Below are positions 27,478 through 38,282 of a stretch of DNA of 64,000 nt, piece by piece. The first letter of the stretch is position 1; the number at the start of each line of letters is the position of its first letter. This DNA comes from Macrostomum lignano (Eukaryota), in contig NIVC01003919.1 in the NCBI GenBank assembly GCA_002269645.1, positions 1 through 64,000 on the forward strand, given 5' to 3'. The translations under genes and the position numbers were made by a program. Below the pieces are notes generated by a model, which saw only the letters and a program-made list of their open reading frames with translations, did not search any database and was not told the DNA's origin.

Positions 27478-28777
27478 GAGTGCCACTGGATGCGACCTTG
27501 TTAAAGCTGCCCCTGTTCAAGCCATGTTTTAAAAATCCCACAGGCCCGAAACACTTGATTGGAAATCCTGTTGGCATCGAGGAGGGAATAATCGGAGTCA
27601 ATCAGCTTGACGTTCAGTTCCATAACTTCAGTGGCTACTCTATACAGCCAACCACGCATCCTTCGCCCTACATGCTGCGACTGAACTCTCCGCAGAAGCC
27701 ACTGCAGCCTCCCGGCATGTTTTTTACCCACGGTGAGTAGCTACTATTTTGCATTAAGAGTAGTCAATGTGTAACAACAATATAAGCGCGTTCACGCAGC
27801 CCCGTTAAATCTTTTCAATTTCCAGTTTTCTCCGTAAATATTTACTTGATAACGAGGCACACGATCTTAGGCGTTGTCGTGCAGGGCTCGTCCACAATGG
27901 ATTTGACACGAGCTTGGTTCGCTTACGTGAGGTCTTTTACTCTGTCATACGGTGATCACCACAGAGCCTTGATACCTGTGACATCATATCAGATGTCGAA
28001 TACATTAAATGTTGTAAGTTGAAGGCAGATTTTATTGAGGTTAATCGACCATTATAGTTACTATCTTCTATAGAAAACAAGAAAACTAATTAAGAGAACT
28101 CCACTTTTTTGTAGCACAAATTCAACGACTTCGCCAATGACAACACGCCGATTCGAATGGACCTGCCAGTGCCAATCAAAGCCAAGATTGTTCAGTTCAC
28201 GCCGCCAGACACTAACTTTATCGGGAATCGGGTGATGAAACTGGAGCTACTCGGCTACCCCGACGGTAAGAATTTGCTGTGTTATTCAGACGCACACAAA
28301 AAGTTCTGTGACTTTAGTTAGCAGCAAAGATTTTTTAATTCAAATTTTAGACTGCGAGCTAATCCCGACTAGTGAAATGACGGCCAGCAGCATCTCACCA
28401 ACTGTGATAAGTTTTGAGTTCACGGAATTCTACCACATCACGGGTCTTGCATTGTCTGTCAGCGATGGAGTGAAGTTTTTGTTGCAGTTTAAGACACTGC
28501 AAAACTGGACGTTTGTCAACTTTACAGTGTTTGGCACCGACACGGTAACTGATTTCGCGCATCAACTGCCATGGTTCCTAGGTCTAATATGAGCTAACTT
28601 GGCTTGACGCCAGATTTAGTTCACAAAATATATGAAATTTTAGATTTTTGATTCAAAGAATGGCGCCGACCAGCCTTTGCCGCATTTGATTCGTTCGAAT
28701 GAGCTGCGAGTCCTGCTGCTCAACGGGTCTGCAGCGGCGAGCCAGTTTCAGTTCCGCGGTTGCATCATCAAAGAGGG
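27478..28777 (+). CDS. FA58C (discoidin/F5-8 type C) domain exons of the mosaic protein, part B
   Basis: Exons 27478-27732, 27826-28013, 28115-28265 and 28351-~28544 have canonical splice sites. Joined translation: NPVGIEEGII...MLRLN / VNIYL...ILGVVVQG...WFAYVRSFTLSYG / LPVPIKAKIVQFTP...MKLELLGY. Confidence 0.8.
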
Positions 28778-28987
28778 TATGAATTTCGGGGTTACTGAGG
28801 CTATTGTTGATTTTTATTAGTCGGCTTCTTTTAATCCAGTCAGCTACTTTGTGACACTTTTGGTCGAAGTGTATTGCGAGTACTCAACTTTACTGGTTCA
28901 TTTGTGTTATCAGTAAGCAAGTAAAATTACAGGTTTTCCTAATCATCCTATCTCCAGCAGGGTGTCGCTAAAGGGATAATATAGAGT

Positions 28988-29771
28988 AAAGAAATATAAA
29001 AGTGAAAATCAACATAGATTATATTCTTTCGACGCGTTTCGGTCCAACTAGGGCCATCTTCAGGTCTGGTGTATTTTTAGTCACACAACAACTTTTTTAA
29101 GAGATAAGCGAACAAATGTTTACTGTACAGTCCAAGGGGCATATCATGGGCAGAATTTTCAAAGTTGAGCAGAGATTACGAGTACATTGTTCAGGTTTGT
29201 GCCTTCACTTAGAACACCTTGAGCAAATGGCCCGCACCACTATGGGAGAGCTGAATATTCAGATTTGGTTTTTGGTTTTTAATGTACATGGATTCAAGTA
29301 TATTAAGCCTAAAGTCAGTCCTACACCGATCAATAAATTTGAACTGCTGAGTTTGCTCAATTTCGCAGCAACTGTTGCAACAGAGCAGGTGGTCTTGGAT
29401 AGCCGACCTTTTCAACCAATGCTCTCTGACTCTGGTGTACAAGTGCCTTTTAGTTTTACCTATATAGGTAATGTTCTGGTCAACAGAACAAGAGAACTTA
29501 TACACAAACACCTGTTGCCAGAGCAAGAGGAACATGGGATTTCAGTCTACTAACGTATTGGCCGACCTTAGCAGTGTGGAAAACTATCTTAATAGGCGTG
29601 TTAAAGAATTTACGGAAGAATTTACGGACTGTACAGTAAACATTTGTTCACTTATCTCTTATAAAAGTTGTTGTGTGACTAAAAATACACCAGACCTGAA
29701 GATGGCTCTAGTTGGACCGAAACGCGTCGAAAGAATATAATCTATGTTGATTTTCTCTTTTATATTTCTTT
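28988..29771 (-). mobile_element. 5'-truncated Penelope-like retroelement (GIY-YIG endonuclease fragment) with inverted pseudo-LTRs
   Basis: ORF 29209-29535(-) reads YKFSC...YIGKTKRHLYTRVREH...LESMYI...KPNLN, the PLE GIY-YIG pattern. It is flanked by ~145-bp inverted repeats at 28988-29133 and 29626-29771. Confidence 0.85.
29696..29728 (+). ncRNA. Minimal hammerhead-ribozyme-like core in the pLTR (second copy at 29031-29063 on the minus strand)
   Basis: CTGAAGA-tggctctagttggacc-GAAA-CGCG-TC contains the CUGANGA, GAAA and NUH core with a palindromic stem III. Stem I pairing is not evident. Confidence 0.5.
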
Positions 29772-30320
29772 GCCTTCTAAAGCGTGCTCCCTTACCTCAA
29801 TATAGAGGTAAATTTTTGCAGAAAGTATACCAGGGGCATACGAGTATATCGGTAGGTATTAAAAGTTCGTCTGCGATCAAAAACCATTGGTTGCTAAACG
29901 TACATGTAATCGGAATAATTCAATGTATTTTTTCAGCGGCAATAAACTTGAAGACACTATCTCTCAGTAATAATATAAACGTTGCATCTTCTTAATAGAA
30001 CTAGTCGTTGCAAGAGACATGCCTCCGGCAATGGTGCGGACGCTTCAATTTTGTTGTGTACGCTCGTATGGACTTTTGGTTTAGCAAATGCACTAATGCT
30101 TCCCTTCTTTTGTCTATAGTCTAGGGTACAATCTTTTATTTCTTTAAGAGCCGAAGGCTAACAGTATTACAAAAAGGCAAGCAAGACGTGCGCTAGCTAG
30201 AGGCAAATAAAGCTTGTGAACAGCTCGTATTTTAAATAATGCTTCTTCGACTTGACTTTGATGTCAGATGGTAGCCTGGAGGCAATAGTCGGTATAGAAG
30301 CAGAAGAAGAGGACATAACA

Positions 30321-31625
30321 ATGGCGAGGAGTGTAAAAATCGGAGAGTTCGACGTGGCTAAACCGGAGCAATGGGAAGCTTATGAAGAACGACTCGAGCA
30401 GTTTTTCGTCGTAAACAAAGTGACCGAGGAGGCACATAAGCGAGCAAATCTGATTACAGTGATTGGTAATGACTGCTATCAATTGCTCCGCAACCTGCTG
30501 TCACCAAAGAAGCCCAAGGATGTGAACTTCGACGATCAAGTCAAGGCCCTGAGGGAGCATTTTAACCCAAGGCCTAAGATCGTTGTCGAGAGATTCAACT
30601 TCCACAGCAGAGCCCAACATGAAGGAGAAAATGTGAGCGATTTCATCGCAAGTCTGCGGAAGTTGGCTGCCACGTGTGGTTTTAATGAATTCTTGGACGA
30701 GGCACTGAGAGACAGGTTCGTTGTCGGCCTAAGGAATCGCCTGACACAGCAGCGTCTGTTGCAAGAAGACACACTGACACTAACTGGAGCACTTACCCTT
30801 GCGACTGCGATGGAAGCAGCGGAAAGAGGTGTGGTGACAATTTCGTCAACCGGTGCAATCCAGGCGGTGAAGTCTTCGAGAGCCAGTAAAAATCTGACAG
30901 ACGGCTTGTCAGAGAAGAACAACAGAAACAATCAATCTGGATGCTTCCGCTGCAATGCACAAGATCACTGGGCAAAGAACTGCCCCTACCGTAGCAAGAC
31001 GTGCAGCAAGTGCGGTCGAGTGGGACATAAAAGTGATGCCTGCCGCACAAAGGACAGGACTAAAGATTCCGGAGGTGGAAAGCAAAAGAAACTCAGCTCG
31101 TCCAGACATAAGAGACACGGCAGAGTGCACTATGCACAGGACAAAGCTAGTTCAACCAGCTCACACAGCAGGGACTCAAACTGTACGAGTCAGGGACACC
31201 ACAGGGAGTGCTTTGAAGTCAGGACAGTGTGCTCGACTGGACAGGTCGCGCATGTCACTTCTCCACCATACGAGTGCGAACTGGAACTGAACGGAAAAGC
31301 TGTAAGATTTCAAGTGGATACTGGTGCGGATAAAACCCTGATCAACGAGACCAGCAAGCAACTAGGCCTGAAGCTTTCAAGGACTACCGTAAGGTTGTCC
31401 AGCTACACGGATCACTCAATCCCAGTATTAGGTGAAGCAACAATCGACGTGGTTAGCCACAACGTCCGGCGTTACCAATTGCCTGTACTGATTGTCAAAG
31501 GAGAACGAGTAAATCTGCTTGGACGCGACTGGCTTTCTAAGATCAAGATTGACTGGGACAAGTTTGCGAGTGTGAACGTGACCACATTAGTCCAGCCTAT
31601 TGGATCTATTGGTAAGGAGGCATGA
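30321..31625 (+). CDS. gag: Gag plus aspartic protease of the LTR element
   Basis: ATG immediately after the LTR; two CCHC knuckles (CFRC...H...C; CSKC...H...C); protease motif VDTGA. Confidence 0.85.
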   Translation: MARSVKIGEFDVAKPEQWEAYEERLEQFFVVNKVTEEAHKRANLITVIGNDCYQLLRNLLSPKKPKDVNFDDQVKALREHFNPRPKIVVERFNFHSRAQHEGENVSDFIASLRKLAATCGFNEFLDEALRDRFVVGLRNRLTQQRLLQEDTLTLTGALTLATAMEAAERGVVTISSTGAIQAVKSSRASKNLTDGLSEKNNRNNQSGCFRCNAQDHWAKNCPYRSKTCSKCGRVGHKSDACRTKDRTKDSGGGKQKKLSSSRHKRHGRVHYAQDKASSTSSHSRDSNCTSQGHHRECFEVRTVCSTGQVAHVTSPPYECELELNGKAVRFQVDTGADKTLINETSKQLGLKLSRTTVRLSSYTDHSIPVLGEATIDVVSHNVRRYQLPVLIVKGERVNLLGRDWLSKIKIDWDKFASVNVTTLVQPIGSIGKEA

Positions 31626-33994
31626 GCAAGTGTTTGCTGAGACATTGGGAACCATTAAAGGATTGAAGGCCAATATAGTGCTGAAGGAGAATTCAATACC
31701 AAAGTATTTCAAAAGTCGGCCAGTTCCATTTGCAATCAAGGGTCTCATTGAGGACGAGCTCAAAGAGTTTGCAAGCCCAAGGAATCATCACGAAGGTGAA
31801 GGCATCGGATTTCGCATTGCCAATCGTTCCTGTTCTCAAGCGCGATGGAAAATCAGTGATAATTTGCGCTGACTTTAAAAGGACAGTCAATCCACAATTA
31901 GAGGTCGACAAGTATCCTCTGCCACGACCAGAAGAAATTTTTGCAACATTAAATGGCGGGAAATATTTTACCAAACTGGACATCTCGCAAGCATTCCTGC
32001 AGCTTGAGTTGGAAGAATCCTGTAGAAGGTTCACCACTATCAACACTCATCTCGGTCTGTTTCATTATAACCGACTCACAATGGGACTGGCATCCGCACC
32101 GGCTCAGTTTCAGGAGGCCATGGAGAAAATACTGCAGGGCCTGGACGTCGTTGTATACATAGATGATATTCTGGTGTCTGGAACCAGTCTGGAAGACCAC
32201 GATAATAGGTTGAACGCTGTGTTGGAGCACCTTTCAGATTATGGCGTGCATTTAAACAGAAAGAAGTGTGAAATTCGTCTCAACAAGATTGCATTCCTCG
32301 GATACGTTATTGACGAAAATGGACTTCACCCATCAAACGAGAAAGTTGAGGCAATTCACAATGCACCGGCACCAACAAATGCAACCGAAGTTCGCTCTCT
32401 AATTGGAATGATAACCTACTACGCGAAGTTCATCCCGAATCTGTCGTCGATTCTGGTACCGCTCAATCGACTGTTGTGCAAGGAATCGGAGTTTCACTGG
32501 AGTGAGGAGTGCAACGCTGCATTTGACAGAGTGAAGAAAACGCTGACATCTGACCGAGTGCTAGCGCATTTCGATCCGAAGAAGCAGCTCGTTCTACAAA
32601 CGGATGCTTCAAAGTATGGAATCGGATGTGTCATCTCGCACGTGATGCCGAATGGTGATGAAAGGCCAGTTGCCTATGCTTCGAGGACGCTATCAAAGCC
32701 GGAGATTAACTACTCGCAGTTGGAGAAGGAAGCGCTGGCCATAGTATTCGGAGTAAAAAGGTTCCACCAGTACCTGTTTGGACATCATTTCGTGCTTGTG
32801 ACGGACCATAAGCCGCTCCTAACCATCTTTGGAGACAAAAAGGATATCCCTAGCATCGCAGCAAGTCGTCTTCAGCGTTGGGCCGTACTTCTGTCCGCCC
32901 ACCAATACACAATCAAATTTCGAAGGACAGAGGACCATTCAAATGCGGACGCGCTTTCACGCTTACCAGATCGAGCCAAGAACATCTCATGTGACAAAAT
33001 TCTGGAAGTCAGGCTTGAGATGCTACCGATCACGGCAGAGACGATTAGAACCGCGACACGGAAGGACGCAGAACTTCGAAAAGTCGTTCACTACTGCCAA
33101 AACGGCTGGCCAGAAACAAGTGAGCCAGGTTTGGAACAGTATTTTCGTAAAAAAAATGAGCTTTGTATCGAGCAAGGAGTGATTTTCTGGGGACTGCGCG
33201 TCGTTATTCCAAGGAGTGTGCAACGAATGGTTTTGGAGTTGCTTCACGACGGACACCCTGGAATAGTTGCTATGAAGTCTATCGCTAGGCTGCATGTTTG
33301 GTTTCCTGGAATCGATAGTGCCATCGAAGACCTAGTCCGAAGCTGTGAAGGTTGCCAGTTGCAAAGAAATTTACCTGCACAGGCACCTGTACAACCTCTT
33401 GTTTGGCCAGAGCAGCCATGGACAAGAATCCAGATGGACTACATGGGACCATTTCACGGATATTTCTGGCTTATCATTGTCGACGCAACTAGCAAATAGG
33501 TCGAGATTTTTCCTATGAAACATGCGACTACAAGTAAGACAATTGAGTGCCTGCGAGATACTTTCACAAGGTTCGGAATTCCTCAGCAAGTCTTAAGTGA
33601 TAACGGCAGTCAGTTCTGCTCATCTGAGTTTCGTGCGTTTTTGAAGCGAAATAATATTCGTCAAATTTTAACGGCTGTTGGACATCCGCGTACTAATGGA
33701 CTTAGCGAAAGGATGGTCCAGACTGCGAAGTCTGCTATTAAAGCCGGAATCAAAACGCATGGAGACCCAATACTGAGTATGCAGAACTTCTTGTTCAGAT
33801 ACAGAAGTACACCTCACTCTACAACTGGTAGGACGCCAGCTGAAATGATGCTGTGCTACAAGCGCCGGACTCAATTGGACTTTCTTAGGCCGGACACCTA
33901 CTCAAAAGTACTGGATAAGCAGACTGATGTGACCGAACGACAAAGCCATAGAGGAGCGTCGCCGAGGAGTTCCAGGAGGGAGAAAAAGTTCTGA
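31600..33994 (+). pseudogene. pol: Pol (RT, RNase H, integrase), disrupted
   Basis: YIDDILV, TDAS, HDGHPG...CEGC and SDNGSQF motifs. Frameshifts near 31600-31800 and an in-frame TAG at 33497-33499. Confidence 0.9.
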
Positions 33995-34916
33995 CGCTGG
34001 ATTTCAGAAGGGAGAAAGAGAACAGATGGATTCCTGCCGAGGTGGTCACCCGCACAGGACCAATGTCTTACAGACTGCAGGTCAACGGTCAAATCTGGAA
34101 GAGGCACGTTGATCAAATTGTCAAGACAGACGTTCTTCCCACCCGAATTCCACCAATCATGAAGAGGCATCAGGACGATCAGACTGATATATTCCTGCAC
34201 GGTCACGAGTGCGGGAATGACATCTGCACGAGTGCGCGCTAGCGCACGAGTGCACGATGTCCTTCACGCACGAGTGACCGTGAAGGAATTCCATTGTCGG
34301 GTGATTCATCGTGCAGGAATGCACAAAACCGTGCAGGAATGCATTTCTGCGCCTAATGCTTTTTCAGTGAGATTTTACCATAGACATCCATTCCTGCACG
34401 CAAAAGAGTGCAAGAATGCCATTCTTGCATGGAAAATCAGCCGACAATGACTTGGCTCGTGAGCAAATGCAGAGTGAGGACATCTCAAATCCAGCAACCC
34501 AAAGCGTGCCCGTGCAAGACGAACCACAGACAACCGACTCAGACGGAACTCGTGGCAAGAGCACTGACACATCGGCTAAAGAACCTAGACGACTGAGGGA
34601 CAGAGACAAATTGCAGAAACCGGACCGGTTGAGATATTAATTGACAAAGGGGGGAATGTTGTGTATGGACTTTTGGTTTAGCAAATGCACTAATGCTTCC
34701 CTTCTTTTGTCTATAGTCTAGGGTACAATATTTTATTTCTTTAAGAGCCGAAGGCTAACAGTATTACAAAGGGCAAACAAGACGTGCGCCGGCTAGAGGC
34801 AAATAAAGCTTGTAAACAGCTCGTATTTTAAATAATGCTTCTTCGACTTGACTTTGATGTCAGATGGTAGCCTGGAGGCAATAGTCGGTATAGAAGCAGA
34901 AGAAGAGTACATAACA

Positions 34917-35051
34917 CCTCTCCTCTCCTCTCCTCTCCTCTCCTCTCCTCTCCTCTCCTCTCCTCTCCTCTCCTCTCCTCTCCTCTCCTCTCCTCTCCTC
35001 TCCTCTCCTCTCCTGTCCTCTCCTCTCCTCTCCTCTCCTCTCCTCCCCTCT
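34917..35051. repeat. (CCTCT)n microsatellite abutting the 3' LTR
   Basis: Directly visible. Confidence 0.95.
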
Positions 35052-35743
35052 CATAACCCCTACCTTAGAATAGAGCATAACCTTGGCGTGATTGACAACC
35101 AGGTGCTCTTTCTATGCACTCATCATGAGCCTTGAAAATAGCAAATTAAATGCAAGCTTGATGCCCTCATTTACGGAATGCTGTCAATTTTAAAGTTAAA
35201 TTAAATAAAAAATTTTCTTTTGACGTCAATGCCATATCGACTTGTGTAGTTAATCAATTAGCAAATAGACTAACTATTAAAAGTTAAATAGCAACTTACT
35301 ATTTTGATAAATTCTTTTAGAAAGAAATCTTTTTAAGATCTGTCAAGAAAATCTATATAACTAAATGACTTTCAGTACTAAAATTAGAATGCCCCTTCTT
35401 AATTGGCAACTCAAGTTTCAGAAATGATATTTCCGCTCAAGTTTATTGGTGTTTTCGATTGCCTGCTTGTTTGTCTGACCTTTCGTATTTTCATTGTAGG
35501 CCTTGTGTATATCTGTACGGACATTATCAACTTTTATCGATTGCCTCTACCGTGTTGCTCTCTCAAGTATCTAATGTACGGCTCGTACGCTCTGTACTCT
35601 GCAATCAAAATTACAGATGTATCGATCCAGAGGCTCTCGCCGAGAAGGGTGTTGTTTACTTTGCAGTGTTTTTGTTGCGCACTTTTGTTATACTTGTGAA
35701 TCTTGCCTTCGATTTATTTAATATGGTTGATTTCCGAAAAAAA

Positions 35744-36073
35744 GGCCATAGTCTAGTGGTCTAGCACGGCGCTCTGATGTGCCAGCAGCCCAGGCTCGAT
35801 TCCAAGTGCAGTCACATTAATTTAGTGCTTAATTGGAATCTCAGCTTGGCTCTGCTCGTGCAATTAACGCTCCTCCAAGATACAGTAAGGCGTACATGCT
35901 TAACGATAAATAAAGTTAGGGCCACTGTACACTCCTGTGTGAGTGTGTGCCTGTGCGTATGACTGCGTACGTATCCGCGCGCTTGTGTGCCAGCTCAGGG
36001 GAGTCGGCGGAATGGGCAGTAATGCCTCTCGCCGGTTGTGTGACAATGTCGCTTAAAATGCGCCAGGGTGCAC
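35744..36073 (+). mobile_element. tRNA-derived SINE, family 1, diverged copy
   Basis: Shares ggctcgattccaagtgcagtcacattaattt...gggcagtaatgcctctcgccggttgtgtg with the other copies; variant head and no A-tail. Confidence 0.8.
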
Positions 36074-36874
36074 GCCGCCACCCTTGAGCATTGACTTCAA
36101 GCTCACCGCACCGCAGAGCTGATCATAAACCCCATCGAGCATGTCTGGAATTTCCTCAAGCGCAGCATACTCGTACAAAGAGAAAATCCACCGCAGAATG
36201 TTGTGCAGCTGCGCCAGGCCATTGCAGATACTTGGCAGAACCTTTCCCAGAACTTTCTCATCCGCCTCATCTTGGAGATGCTTATTGACAACACGTGGTA
36301 ACACGTGATGACAACACGTGGTATCAAGCATTGCAATTTCTTCTTCTTATGCAATACATAATTAACATGCAATATTGTTTGAATATTGCTTGATAATCGA
36401 TGCACACCTCAATCAAAATAGTTAATAAGCAAACACGCTCGTAAACTGTTGAACTACTGAAGTTCTCTTTGACTGACGCACGATATGCTTGCGGGTTTCC
36501 GAGAATCAGTGAGCTTAGTGCGGAAGAGCTCTGCAATTTCTGACAGGAAGATTAATGGGATAAAGGCGGTGACTGGAAGTTACCTAAAAGAGTCGCACAG
36601 GGAGTTCAAGCCACAAAAGCCCGACTTTGATGAAAGCTTGGACTTCATCTCTGGAAATCTATCGATAAGCAATACCTGGTCGTCAGTACCAATGCATGAG
36701 CAAGTTGCGCAATACTAAAGATCACTGGAATTCATGGAGACTGTGACTCACACAGTTTGGAGTCACTGTGAAGCATATCTCTTCACTGTGAAGCTGCAGA
36801 GAATGAGAACTCTGAGGACAAGCTGGAGAATGCAGCTGCAGTTGCAAAGCAAGCTGAAAGTAAGGCAGCCGTTC

Positions 36875-37236
36875 AGGGGGGCCGTAGCCCAGCGGTAGCG
36901 CAGCTGCTCTGGTGTGCCAGCGACCCAGGCTCGATTCCAAGTGCAGTCACATTAATTTGGGGCTGAATTGGAATCTCGGCTTGGCTCTGCTCGTGCAATT
37001 AACGGCCTTGAGAGCCAACCCCCCAAGGCGCAGTGAAGTGTACATGCCTAACGATAAAATAAAGTTAGGGCCGCTGTACACTCCTGTGTGAGTGTGTGCC
37101 TGCGTACGTATCCGCGCGCTTGTATGCCTGCTCAGGGGAGTCGGCGGAATGGGCAGTAATGCCTCTCGCCGGTTGTGTGCCTATGTCGCTTAAAGGTGTG
37201 CCAGGGTGCACACAACCCCCAGCCTCTAATAAAAAA
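36875..37236 (+). mobile_element. tRNA-derived SINE, family 1, intact copy
   Basis: tRNA-like head and A-tail; 13-bp TSD aaggcagccgttc at 36862-36874 and 37237-37249. Confidence 0.92.
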
Positions 37237-38282
37237 AAGGCAGCCGTTCTGGCGTTGTTGAAAACAACCGGAAGCTCGAGTTTGCGATGGTCTTGATGGT
37301 AGATCCGCTGCTCGCCTCCAGTACAATACTAGTCGGTTGTAGCGGATGCCTCGCGAAGAGATTCATGAAAGTCTTCGTGTTTAACAACGAAACGGTGGGG
37401 GGGGGATTGTCACTGACTATTGACTGGTTGTCGTTCCGATGCGAGGTACACAGGTTTCCTCAAGGAGTTCATCCCCGATCAACTCTTGAAGCGTCGTGAA
37501 AAGTGCCGAAGTTGCAAGTTCTCCTAAGGCCATCATCTAGTCACCGATGCTCTCGCTGTCGTGCTGGGCTCGCTACAAAAAAGGCGAATGACGCTCTGCA
37601 ATGACACTTCTTGACTTCTCTTCTGAATTTGTACTTAAATTAAAGTACAAAAACATATTAAAAACGACGATGGTGTTTAAAATCTTCAAGAGAAGAGTGC
37701 CGGTTTGTAATGATCTGGCTTTCTTAGTCAGTTAGTGCGTTAATATTGTATATGAAAGAAAGGCTTGGCAGGACAAGATTTGAGTTTCTTTGGAAAAGCA
37801 ACGTGAGTTCGAGTCCTGAGGGTCCTCCATCGTCTTCTGTCACTAGGTGCAGAAACCTGTTAATGCACCTGCTTGAGCTGCCATGACTAAATATGACAAC
37901 AAGCAGGTATCAGCAATGGTAAAGTTTGCATTAACTAACATATTCACGCGCTGAACATGTGTTGACTTTTCCCACGTGTCCACAAAGTTAATCAGCTTGA
38001 GGGCCATCCGTCGGTGTTAAGACAATCTTAACACTGAAGTGTGTATTAGGGACGGAATCAATTATCAATAAACCAATAATAGCAATACAGCGCTAAAATT
38101 AATATTACCAAATCAAAATATAAGACTGCGTGCCCAAATGTTTTGAATTTACTCTGAAATATAATTTTAGCATTCATATCCAGCATATAAATTGCCAGCG
38201 ATCTGTAACCGTGACAGCCAACACCAACTGAGCTTTCATCAATGTCTGAATTTCAATAAGCCACACTTATTGGTGTTTCGAC

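Larger units (their letters stand above)
30052..34916 (+). mobile_element. Ty3/Gypsy (Mag-like) LTR retrotransposon, degenerate
   Basis: TG...CA LTRs at 30052-30320 and 34657-34916. PBS-like tggcga follows the 5' LTR; polypurine tract aaaggggggaa precedes the 3' LTR. Domain order gag-PR-RT-RH-IN. No TSD found. Confidence 0.95.

Noticed and set aside
36053-37600. Coding-like fragments between the SINE copies
   Set aside because: Interrupted by stops and a SINE, with no family I can name; possibly a decayed gene or element.
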